From assembly GCA_000708835.1 (NCBI GenBank), contig DF237074.1, positions 119,849 to 183,848 of the forward strand: a stretch of DNA of 64,000 nt, in the 5' to 3' direction. The number at the start of each line of letters is the position of its first letter. The stretch's first letter is position 1. Made by a program: the position numbers and the translations under genes. Of the stretch, positions 1-11,400 are shown one piece after another. The notes below the pieces were generated by a model, which was not told the DNA's origin, made no database searches, and saw only the letters and a list, made by a program, of their open reading frames with translations. The DNA comes from Klebsormidium nitens. Its lineage: Eukaryota > Plantae > Klebsormidiophyceae.

Positions 1-435
1 ATGGAAGAGTAATTAAAGGGCAATGGTTAATGAACACGTGATATCGACGGTCGTGACGCCAAGGCACAAAGTGCAGTGAGAAGTTCGGTCATGGCAGCGC
101 TTAGGAGTCAGCTTGGGGACACCAATGTATGAAAGTACCGGCACTCTGGGCTCACAGGCAAAGTTTCTAACATGAGGGACTTCCATCTGACTATCATTGT
201 GATGATTCTTGGCTCAAACGATAAAATCAGCCTCTTTACTCGCAGCGTCAACCCTCAAGCATGCCAATTGTTGCCAAACGAAAGCAGACCGATCCAAGGG
301 CCAAGAAAAAAGACAGATCTCGTCAGATGGAATTTTCTGGCATAACTGCCATTCTCAAGGCTTTCGAAGCTTTCCATTTTGATCATCGCATGTTTCCAAG
401 TCCGGTGCCTTCCAGAGCTCAAAGGCACAACTCAC

Positions 436-3400
436 GTCCACGTCAGACAGGTGTCCCGCCATGATTCGCAGCGGGTGCACCCTGTCGGTGGACCAGATGC
501 GCGCGGTCCGGTCGTGGGATGCCGTCGCAAAGTAGTGCCCCAGCGGGCTGAACCGCACGTCCCACACGGGGTAGTTGTGACCCTTGTAGCACACCAGGTT
601 GGCGCCCAGTTCCATGCTCCATAACCGCACTGCAGGAAGAGCGGCCGGCGGAGGGTTAACGATTCTGCCAAACTCTCTTGAGGCAGACGCACGGATTTAC
701 TGAGGGTAGTCGGAAAACGTGAGGAGAGGCTCAAGTGGTGTGAGTGAAGGACTGTTGAAGTGAAGCTTGCTTGACTCCAACATTTTGATCCTCCCAAATA
801 ACAACGTTCAAACAATCCAACAAGGACATGCTTTCATAAGCTGACGTCAAAGCCAGGAAAACTGTCCTACCCGGGGCAAGACAGTGAAGCTACAAACACC
901 AACAAACATTCCATCGTAGCCACGTTGCCATAATCAGAAACTACCCACAATTACAATCTCCATAAGTAAGCGACTTCGCTGCTCACCGGTCGTGTCCGCG
1001 GACGAGGACAGCAGGAACCGGTCGTCCGGGCTGAAGTCCGCCCCGTACACCGGCCCCGAGTGCGCCTGGAACAGCGAGTAGCCCATCGAGCCGGGAGCGG
1101 ACGCAGCCTGCGACTGGCTGCCCGGCCCCGGGCCCGCGCCCTCGGACGTCCGCGCCTCGGCGGACTGGGCTTGCGGCTGGCTGACCGTCCGTTTGGACAT
1201 GTCCCACACCTGAACGGTTGCAAAAATCCAATCAGAAGCGCACGGGAGAATGGCGGGTCAGAAGGCCAACAGCGAAACGAAGGCCCGGCATATGGACCTG
1301 TTCCTTCTGCTAGGATTAAACTAGTGGGGATCCACCGGAGGATAATCCAAGTGGAGGGCACAATATCCGTTCGTCGATGTTCTGTGGCTCGGCCTTGCCT
1401 AAGGTGTGCAAAGGACTTCTCTGAGCCTATGGTCAACTTGGGAAATGGCGTTTTGCTGCTCACCTTTACGGACGAGTCCGAGAAGCCGGCCGCGACTTTG
1501 GAGCCGTCCTGAGAGAGGGCGACCGTGTTGAGGCTGTACAGAAAGGGCCACGCATTAGAAAAAGAAGCACCATAGTTGACCGAATGATTGATACGCATGC
1601 TCATCGGAATCAGAGTAAGTCAAATGCAAATGGAGTACGAAGCCCACTGCCAACCCCGTTGGCGACCACAATGACATCGTCACATAAACTGTCGAACCTG
1701 AAGGGGTTTTTCGGTGGGATATCAGAGGCAGTGCAAGAACAATGAGCTCCGCTTTTGTTCAGACTCATCATACAATTCAGCTTGTCAACCGGACAGTCTG
1801 AGTTGGCCCCCCATCTGTGTGACGAATCAGACGTCTAGGAACGCAGCAAAACAACCTGCCAATGTTAGCCGTAAAGGAGCAGGTAAGGACGCTTGCGTGG
1901 GGGTGTTACCCACCTGTTGTAGTGGTTCATGAAAGTGTAGAAGCAGACGGAGGGCAGCGCGGCCGAGCCGAGCTGCACGCGCTTGCGCAGGTCCTCGAAG
2001 GCGAGGCCCTCCACCTCCTCGCTCCTGCACGGCCGCAGGAAAACAGCGTCACTCAACGAAATCAGAAGAGCAGTCTCATATTGCAAGTAAGCTCCTGACG
2101 AAATGCAGAAGTGAGTTGTCAGGAGTGGCGGCAATATTCGCATTTGGATTGGGTGAAGTGTAAGCGGTTGCTCCAACCAGCAAGACTGACGCGAAAGGCT
2201 ACAATAACTCGCAAAGACAGTTCCCTGCTTGTCGCAGTCCAGGGTGCCAACAAAACCATTAATTGTCTCCGGCAGATTGCAGCTATCGCAATGAGACCAA
2301 ATTTACAATGCCAACAAGAAGCAGGGACTCCCCAGATTTGGAGGCAAGGACAGACGGCAGTCACAGCCGCCGAATGTGCGAAGAAGGAGTTCAAGACCAA
2401 CCGCTGTTTGTGAGAACGACGAACACGAGACCGCTCAAAATCGAATACCAGACCGCTCAGTACCGCGGGACCTAGAAAGTGACAACGAATTTGAGATTAC
2501 TCACAGCCGCGGCAGCGGGATAACGCTGGGCACCCGCGTGGCGCCAGACGCCGCGGCCTTGGCCCCCTGCTTGCCCGCCTTCGCGCCGCCCCCTGCCTTC
2601 CCGTCTTTCTTGAGCTTCTTGGAGGGGGGCTTGCTGGGGTCTCCTTCCTTCTTCTGCGCAGCAAGAGCGTCGGGTCAGTTCACGACGCATCAGGCCCCAC
2701 CATGTGTCAAACCACAAGGCATAGCCGACAAGATCCGCGAAATCTGGCGTCGTATCTTAAGCCGAAACCCGCTACGAGCCACTGATTGTTCTAGCAAACA
2801 GCGGCGGCTTGGTCGAGGAAACGGTGAAAGAATTAGGACCTTCGTGCCCATCCTTGTGAAGCGGCTGTCACGAACTTCGATCGCTACGAACTCCGTCCTG
2901 GATGTAGCACCTTTATCTTTGGGACTCACCTCCTCGTTAGCAGCCTCGGCCGCTTCCTCTGCCATTTTCTCCTCAAACCGCTGCTCGATCCCGTCCTCCA
3001 GTTGCTGCAGCACACATTAAGAACGGAGGACACGTCAGCAGCAATCGCCCACTCTACAAAAGGAATCGCACAGCAATTGAAGGAGCGACAAGCTTTCCGC
3101 AGATTTTATCGAGCTTTTCGGACGGCAGCCTAGAAAAGAACGCGTTTTCGAGAACCTGGGCTGGCACTGACCGGCAACCTGCACTTGTAAGGGATACTAG
3201 ACTGGAACACCGGCACCAAAACACGTCAACACTCTGACGCAACCACTTCTTCAGATTCTCTTCCAAGGAAACTGCTCAGGTGACATTGCGCGAGCAACAA
3301 CCGCTTCAAAACCACCGCAAAGAAAGTGGAACGTGAGAGATCAAGAGGTGTTTCCTTACCCCCCATCGGATCTCGCTCCGGTTGAGGTTCTCGAGCGCCT

Positions 3401-6137
3401 CCTGCGGCTTCCCAGTGACCGTGAACGCCTCGTCCTCCTCGGGCAGCGGAGACGGCTGACCAGGCACGACTGCAAATGGGGGATAACGAGTCAAATCCCG
3501 TTTTTCAATGCACGAAACTCCCGCCTAGTTTTTTCAGCCTCACGCAGAAGGGTCGCTTTACTTATTTGAGCCCTTAGCACCACAGGCACGGCAAGTGAGA
3601 GACCAGCGAGAAAACCTCAAGAAATGGAAAAACGCTCTTTTAAGGAAACTTCAAGATAGTTTGCAAAAACAGGCACGTCCATGCACACCCTCTGGGCCAC
3701 AAGCGAAAGCAACGGGACGAAAATTTGGAAGTGGAACTCAAAGTAGAGGAAGCATTGACTGGTTCGGAGGGAAGCGCGATGGCCGTACCTTCGAGGTTGA
3801 GGTGCTCATTGACCAGGCTGAGCATGAGCATCATCTCCGAGTCGTGCAGGAAGGAGATCAACAGCTCGCACGAGTACTGCACACACGAACAAGCGCCTAC
3901 GTCATGACACTCCACTTGGTGACGAGTAGAGAACGACCCTTTTACATGGATACGAATTATCAAACTTAACCCACTTGTCCATCGCTGAAAATCTTACGAG
4001 TCCACCGTGAATAGCACACACAAGAGTTACATTGTCTCGATCATTGCCGCTTCAATGACCTAACTTCAGCAGCCAAAGGGAAAGGAGAGACGTTCGCCTC
4101 ACCTGACACAGCTTGACGGAGAACTTATTCTCACGGTAGCTCTTGGCGAGGTCATTGTCCTGTACAAACAAAACCGTCTTTTTTCTTAAGCAACGGTCTA
4201 GTCTGCAGATCAAAAAGGACGATTTGAATCAACACGACTTCATAGGTAGAGATCCTTCAAAGCAGAAGAGAAGCTCTTGCTGTCCTCACGTCCCGATTCA
4301 TGACGAATTGAAGCAGTCTACCTTCTGCAGCGCCTCAACCGATCATCGAACTCTCCCAACATATTTTGCCAGATTCTTCCAAAGAGTGCTTGTCATCAAA
4401 GAAAGCACAGGACGCGTCACTAGCGAAGGCCGTAGCTATTCAACAATAACGTACATCTCCTTGTAACAATGTGCGCCCCCTACCAGCAGATGCTGCGGGT
4501 TGCTGACCCCCTCCAGCTTCTGGAGGTCTCGGCCGTGTGCACTCTGGTGGTCGGCCTTGAACGCCTGGAAGAACTCGCGGGCTGCATGATGGATAGGCGT
4601 TCAGATTTGAGTGATCTTCTCCAATTCACCACTTTTGAGCTTATTCTTTCATCTACTTCCTTCTTTGAATCGGTACTACCTCGCTTCTTTGCTGACTCTC
4701 GACCTTGAATGCCTGGAAGAACTCGCGGGCTGCACGACAGAGAGCCAATAAGAACCGATTAGTCTCCCTGAGTAACTCCCCCCGACCGTACCGAGACTCC
4801 CCCTCCCTCCCGGGCTTCCTGAACCTTAAGCTTTCTCTGTGGCCCAATCGACGTCTGCAAATGGTATCAAATGCCGTGTGATGAGCCGTTGGATGAGGAT
4901 CATGAGATCTGAAGAGATGGGTATCTACAATCCCAGATTCCACTTGCCTCCACTTGACTCAAAAACAATGGCTCCTCACCAGACACTCAAAGTAGTTTTC
5001 AACAAGCAATCTGCGCAAAACGCGGGATAACCACAGCATACCAAAAGTCGACAATCTGCCTGCACTCTCCCGACGCGTTCACGGTTCGTCGTGCCCAACT
5101 CCAAAGTAGTTCGGTCGACCTAACATCTGAAACATAACATTTCTCACCTTCTGTTGGGTAGCCCTTTGCCACCAGCTGCAAGAAGCAGTGCACGAAGATG
5201 GGGTACAGTATGCGGGAGAGCTCGTTCTGCAAAAACCGACAGAATATCAGAAGGCACTACAAAACTTCACAAGGAAGCTCCAAGTGAGACAGAGCACGGT
5301 TGACACTCTCAAGTCTGTGGATGCCAAGCGAGCCGGTCATGTTTTGTACCATGACCTGACGTCCTCCACAAGCTCACAGGAATACCAGCCAATTCGTGCA
5401 CTAAAAAAATCAGCTGAGGCTAATACAGCGTCGGTGCGAGTACCTTGTAGAGGTCCAGCGAATCGTGCACCCAGGCCTGAAGTTTGCTGTAGCTCTCGCC
5501 ATAGCGGCTGGGGCTATTCTCACCCCTGTTGACACAAAGGAAGGGACTCAATGCAGAGTTGATACATGCCATAAAAGCTCATGAGAAACTTCTGATAGGT
5601 GGTGGTGCGAACTGGCGTCAAGTGATTCAAAAGTGCACTCCTTGTGTGTCAAACCTGCGGCCCCACTCAAATTTTCAACAATCAAATGCAAATGAGAGAA
5701 TCACTGAGGTGCAATTGGGTGGTACATCCACCGTACATGGAAGAACGGTCCTCGCCAAAACTATATCTTGATTACATGTGCCAACAACGACTTCAATAGG
5801 ACATTTGACTCTGACCGAACATCAACGCCTAGAAATAGATGACGCACATTCATCAATTGCCTCCAATAAGTTCTGAAAGTTCTGCCAATGGGGCTGCATG
5901 GGGCTGCAAAATGAGGCCCATCAGATCAAAAGCAGACTTGTCCCTGACTCAAACCACTTACTTGACATAGAGGTAGACATGGTTCAAAATGCTGACGTCT
6001 AGATCATTCTCCTGCCCGTTTACCATTTCCTGGAGCGACTGCGTTTTGCTTTCAGACTTGAAGGCAGCCTCAGCGTTTCGATACCCTTTCTTCTTCAAAT
6101 ATGAGAGGACGATGCGATTGAGGTCTTCTTCCTTCAT
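436..6137 (-). CDS. TAF5: Transcription initiation factor TFIID subunit 5 (LisH + TAF5 NTD2 + WD40 repeats); multi-exon, 3' end lies beyond the left edge of the window
   Basis: Spliced exons in frame: 6137-5962 (MKEEDLNRIVLSYLKKKGYRNAE, LisH), 5526-5444 (RYGESYSKLQAWVHDSLDLYK), 5226-5148 (NELSRILYPIFVHCFLQLVAKGYPTE), 4581-4484 (AREFFQAFKADH...DLQKLEGV), further exons near 4.1, 3.8, 3.4, 2.9, 2.6 and 2.0 kb, then WD40 exons 1533-1464, 1209-987 and 629-436 (VRLWSMELGANLVCYKGHNYPVWDVRFSPLGHYFATASHDRTARIW). All joins checked are GT-AG. Confidence 0.95.
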
Positions 6138-6560
6138 CCTGCAGACTTTGCAAGACGGGTTTCTATCTTGCGCAGCTCCTTGTATTCAAGGATGCTGGCT
6201 TCTACACAAGAGCTTCTATCCCCTGACGGAAGAACCCCGCATGCCTGTAGCCTATACGAAGCTTGCTAAGACCATACTGCCCTTTTTGACTTCGTTACGA
6301 GGATCAGGGCGCCTCATCCAATACAGGAACTGTGCGGCCCAAGCCTGACCTGGGTCCATTCAATTGGGGCTGCCAAATCGCGCTGTGCACACTGTCACTG
6401 TCAGCCAACGCCAATGCCATGCATGCCAGGCGAAGGAGGCTCCGAGGTCCGCGCTCGTCGCGCGCGCATTCAGCTTTGGCGGCCGCGAACGTCAGCAAGC
6501 GCCCGCAGAATCTAGGTACGCGCGGCGCTGTAGTACTAAGTAGGTAGGTGCCTAGTTGGT

Positions 6561-6692
6561 CGCGGATCCGAACCCAAAGGCCGTACGAAGGAGCCTTAAC
6601 TGTTGGATAGGCAAAGTCTCTTATCCAACGGCGGAGTCTGGAAACTCGATTTGCGATCCAAGGTTCGAAATACTGGCATCTCATTGGCCAAT
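6561..6692 (+). promoter_or_regulatory. Histone-type promoter elements in the TAF5/H2A.X bidirectional promoter: octamer CGCGGATC, MSA-like TCCAACGGC, back-to-back ATTGG/CCAAT
   Basis: Exact plant histone octamer CGCGGATC at 6561-6568; TCCAACGGC at 6624-6632 (resembles MYB3R/MSA YCYAACGGYY); ATTGGCCAAT at 6683-6692; all upstream of the H2A ATG at 6851. Confidence 0.6.
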
Positions 6693-6850
6693 TTGCAAGT
6701 CCAAGAAGTTCAGTCTCGCAAGCAAAGCAAGCAAGCAAGGCAGGGAGTACATAAAGCAACCCCAGCAATCCAATCTTGCATTCTGCGCCATTTCCAGCAT
6801 CAAATCCTCTCCTCTGCAAGTTTCTGCCTCCCCCACATCAGTCAGCAACC

Positions 6851-7237
6851 ATGTCTGGACGTGGCAAGGCCTCAGGCAAGAAGGCCGTGAGCCGGTCCGC
6901 CAAGGCGGGGCTCCAGTTCCCTGTGGGGAGGATCGCACGGTACCTCAAGGCCGGCAAGTATGCGACGAGGGTCGGAGCCGGCGCTCCCGTCTACCTGGCT
7001 GCAGTCCTGGAGTACCTCGCTGCTGAGGTGCTCGAGCTGGCTGGCAATGCCTCCAGGGACAACAAGAAGACCAGGATTGTCCCCAGGCACATCCAGCTTG
7101 CGGTCAGGAACGACGAGGAGCTGAGCAAGCTGCTGGGGAATGTCACCATCGCAGCGGGTGGAGTGCTCCCCAACATCCACAGCGTGCTTCTGCCTAAGAA
7201 GACCGGCAAGGCCGCCTCCCAGTCGCAGGAGTTCTAA
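6851..7237 (+). CDS. H2AX: Histone H2A.X, intronless, 128 aa
   Basis: [38 protein letters not shown]...[16 protein letters not shown]: canonical H2A fold with the C-terminal SQEF phosphorylation motif diagnostic of plant H2A.X. Confidence 0.98.
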   Translation: MSGRGKASGKKAVSRSAKAGLQFPVGRIARYLKAGKYATRVGAGAPVYLAAVLEYLAAEVLELAGNASRDNKKTRIVPRHIQLAVRNDEELSKLLGNVTIAAGGVLPNIHSVLLPKKTGKAASQSQEF

Positions 7238-7280
7238 GCTGTTTGTGCCACTGTGCCAGCAGCGATCAACAACCAAAACT

Positions 7281-7300
7281 GGTGTTATTTTAACACCACC
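7281..7300 (+). terminator. Histone mRNA 3' stem-loop-like element
   Basis: CCAAAACT-GGTGTT-ATTTT-AACACC-ACC, 44 nt after the stop codon; A-rich 5' flank and ACC 3' flank as in replication-dependent histone stem-loops; purine-rich CAAGAAA 10 nt downstream. Confidence 0.65.
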
Positions 7301-8437
7301 TGTCTCCAAGAAATTTGTCAAAAAGTTTTGTGGTGGTTTTGTACTAGTGGTTGTAAGGTTACTTCAGTAGAGTGTCACAATTGATGATTCAGGATGCATC
7401 AACATCTGAGCAGTGGCTTTTCTAAACATGTCTGTTTGCTTGATAAGGCATGGCTGTTCTCTGATCCAGCGTCTCAGGTGTAGAAATAGCACCGCTGCCA
7501 GTCATTCTCAAGACAGTCTCATCAAGTAATTAATGCTTGCCTCCTTTCTATTGTGCTGGTGTACAATGCTAAAACCAAAGGGTTTGCCAAATGTAGACCC
7601 TTTCCTAGTCATGTAAAAGGACCTTTGCTTCAAGCTGGAACCAAGGACTTGAGCTGATGCTCATAGCCTGCCTAGCACCTACATTGTAACTGCCACGGGC
7701 AGAAGATTGGCGCACTCTGTTTGCGAGAGGTACTCCATGTCCAGCTTCTAACACAAGTGCTTTCATTGCGTCGTACCTGCTACTACGAATGCTGATACAC
7801 CAACACTGCCATGTTATGCCATGTTATGGGTTTTAACAGTGAAATGTGAACACCTTCTTGATGGGAGTGAGCGCTCGAGGGTAACACTGTATAACAAAGA
7901 GTTTCAAGTATCCTCAAGATGGTGGACTGTACCTCAGATCTACTTGTCTTATCAAAGTGAAACTTCCCATTTGCAAGAAGAATACCAGGCTTAAATCAGT
8001 GCATCCATGGATGTAAACGAGTGCAGCATGTTGCAACTGCTGAACCCATTTTTTGTCCGCAGTCTGCACAAATGCAATTGAAGCCACGGATTAAAGCTCA
8101 AGAGAGAATCCATAGCATAGGTAGCAGACTGTAGGGCGGTGGGCATGCATGAGTTGCATTCATGTTCAGCTCGCCCCGAATGATTGCAAAAGACAAGCAA
8201 TCCAACATGCACATACCTCCTGCAACAAGGATGAAAAGATGAATGCTACACACCAAGATGCATGACATGCTGCTTTTAAGTAGGTCGATACCATAGAAGT
8301 ATCCGCAATGCTATCTTCACTCAGCTACGTACTCCCAAAGCTAGCTTCGTGTTCCTTGCATAAGAGTGGCATGCACTAGCTAGCTCTAGCAGAGAACCCT
8401 TGCTGCCCCGACTCTTCCCCTAGTATCACGCGTTGTA

Positions 8438-11400
8438 CTATTGGGGAACAAACTCAAAAGGCTCCGGCGGCGGTGGCTCGTCTTCGTCAGCAGCAGCTGC
8501 AGCCCCCCCTGCCGCAGCAGGTGCCGCCGCCGGCGCAGCGGCGGCTCCCTGCTCTGCCGGGGCGTGTTGAGAAACCAGCTCCTCTGGCTCGCCAGGCCTG
8601 AATGAGCAAACACTATAGTCAGACATGTAGGGCCTGACGACCGAAAGAACGTTTAATAACAAAATCTCAATGTTTTTGCATCCACCGGACAAGTCGTTGA
8701 AGTGTTAAGGTCCATAACGACTGAAGCATTAGGAGATCTCCACGAGATCTCCAGCAGCATCCTTGATCAGACTTCCATACAAGCCACCGCCGATCAACTG
8801 ATCAACATGACTGGCCAATTTCTGTCCTCAAAACCTGATAACATGACAAAGCTTTCCACTTGAAGCTATTTAGCTTCTTTCTCAGCAAGAACAGGGAAAT
8901 GGAAGACGTGGCATGTGGACTCTTCAGCAGAACAAAGGAGACACCAACTGCCATCAAAAAGCGTTGCAGATAGCAACAACCACGCAGCAAGCTTTCAAGT
9001 TTTCGTCTGAGGCACCAGCCCTTGGGAATCATCAAAGAAAGAGCAATGAGAATCAGTAATCACATCAGACGATACTGAGCGCTGGCAGACACCGACCACC
9101 TCTGACCAGGCTTGAAACGGACCAAAATATTTTGGAAGAGACAAGTAAAGCTCGGCGGCTTTCTGGGAGTGTAATCAACAGCGATGCCAGCGAGATGATA
9201 TAATACAGTGAATTGAGTGGTGCTGACTTCAATCCACGATTCTCAGCCACATGATCCCGGAAATCTCCAGCTTTCACCCAGGCCCAACCTTCACTCCAAA
9301 ACAGACAAATTGTTCCTGGCTTCCAACACTCTGGAATCAAATCAGAACAGCGCATTCACAAAGAGACTTTTCCTCCTCGGCGCACTCACTTGAGATCCTT
9401 GAGCAGCACCCATCCCGCGGCCACCTTCTTGAGCGGCGCGTACCGGCTCCCCTCCGGGAACCGGACGTACTTCTCCTGCGCGGGGATCACCCTCGCCGGG
9501 TTGCTCAGCACCTCCGACTCGGGCTCCTTCTCCTTCTTCACCTTCTTCGCCTCGGGCTCCTTCTCCACCTCCATCGCGTCCCCCCCCTCCTTCTCCTCCT
9601 CTTTCTTCCCCCCCTTGGCGCCCACCTTCTCGATCGCCTCTTTCCCCTTCTCCGCCTTCTCCGCCGCGTCCTTCTTCGCTTTCGTCTTCGCGCGCGCGGT
9701 CGTCGACAGCTGCGCGGTCGGTACCTTCTTCACCTCCTCCTCCTTCTTGTCCGACAGCGGCGCCGGGTACGCGAACAGGCTCGGGCGCGCCGCCGACGTC
9801 ACCTCGAGGCGCGGCATCTGGAGCGCGCCGTTGAGCCCGATGAGCGCGGTCGGCGCGAACGTGAGGCTGAGGAAGTACGCGAGCGGATACCAGTACCACC
9901 ACTGCGTGAAGACGGCCATCCCGACGACCGCCGTCACGCGGTCGTGCTCGCTGCGCGAGCGCAGCGCGATCGTCACGTTGCGGCCGCCCGCGTCGAGGAT
10001 GCCCGCCGCCAGGATCGCGCCCATCTTGCCCATCGTCTCCTCGTGCTTGTCGCCAATCACCTTGTCCAGGTGTTTCCTGCGAGCGGGAAGGGAACGTTTT
10101 GAAAATCTGGCTGTGCTCGTAAAGGCAGATGTTAGAATGGGCGTAGGAATTGAGAACGACTCTCATTCCGGAAGTCTCTGGGGTATATTGAAGAGCCTAC
10201 GATGTTTCTCTTCTCAAAAGCGTACCCATCAAAGGCATGGGGCTCAGAGTTCAGGGTCTCAGAAGATAACACCAATCTGCCATTTGCCCTGCCTAGCGAG
10301 AGATTAAATGCCAAGGCCGGAGTGCATATGGCAGAGCAGATTGCTTGATTGGGCATCTCCTCGACATCATGAAATTACCAGACAAGTAGGGGAAACCAGG
10401 ATCGTCGTCTCTCATTCAACTCTGCCCAAAAAGCGCGAACAGCAAATGAATCCACCTACCTGAAGGCGGCTACCCGGGGTTGCCGGGCCTCCGTCTCCTG
10501 GATGAGCACCATGGCCGTCGCGATGAGCGCCCCCTGACGAACGAAGTCGGTGGGGTCCTTTTGCAGGGGCTCCAGCAAGTCCAGCGCGGCAGTGAGGCCC
10601 GTCCCGGCACACGCGATGCCGACGGCCATGGCAGCGCCATAGCGCACGTGCGGGTTGTACGACTCGGCGAGCAGGGCCACGATGCGGGGACACTGGAGAA
10701 GAGAAAGGGCGACAAAGTGAGGTTCAGGAGGAATACAAGCGAGGGCTATCGACGTGCACGAATGAGAGGAAACGCTTGAGCGAGAGCCGGTGATGCTGAC
10801 AGCTGACACGCAGGCGTCAGTCTCACTGGAGAGAGGAAAAGCTTTTGAGAGGAACATAACCAAGAGCTGTCGGCATTCACGGTTAAGAAGGAAGGCTTGA
10901 GCGAGCGAGGAAATGCTGCAGGCTGGTCTGCGATCAAGCCGCCCTGAACGGGCGAATCCGACCAGAGCTAGAAGTTGGAGAGTAGAAACGTCAAATGCTA
11001 TTGCAGTCAGAAGCACAGGACATCGCCTCTCTTAGCCACGTGCTCCACCTAACAAAGAGGGACCACGAAAACGCTTCTAAATTTCCAAAAAACAAAGACA
11101 ACTGCAGCAATGCAACATGGGACTGATCACACCTGCTCCGGCTCTGAGCACAGCACGAAACCGAGCGCCATGACCGCGGTCCTGCGCACGTCGTCGCTGA
11201 CGTCACTGACGGCGAAGTGGAGCAGGCGGCGGATGGCGCTGTTGTTGGCGGTGGCGCGGTACGCCATGGCGAGCGCGTACATGCCGCCGTAGCGCAGGAT
11301 GGGGTCCTGGTCGCGCGTCATCTGCTCGATCAGCGTGTCCGCCTCCTCCTCGCGCCCGTACACCACGAGCGCGATGCCCAGGGCCAGGCCTCTGCAGGGG

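Noticed and set aside
3190-3200. GTATCCCT on the minus strand as another U12 donor in TAF5
   Set aside because: Lies inside an intron whose GTAAGG donor and downstream acceptor already join IRWG to QLEDG in frame; no matching branch site.
9251-10307. Long ORFs of 283, 305 and 274 aa overlapping the large RPN2 exon
   Set aside because: Antisense or off-frame shadows of a GC-rich coding exon with low-complexity translations; the RPN2 frame explains the region.
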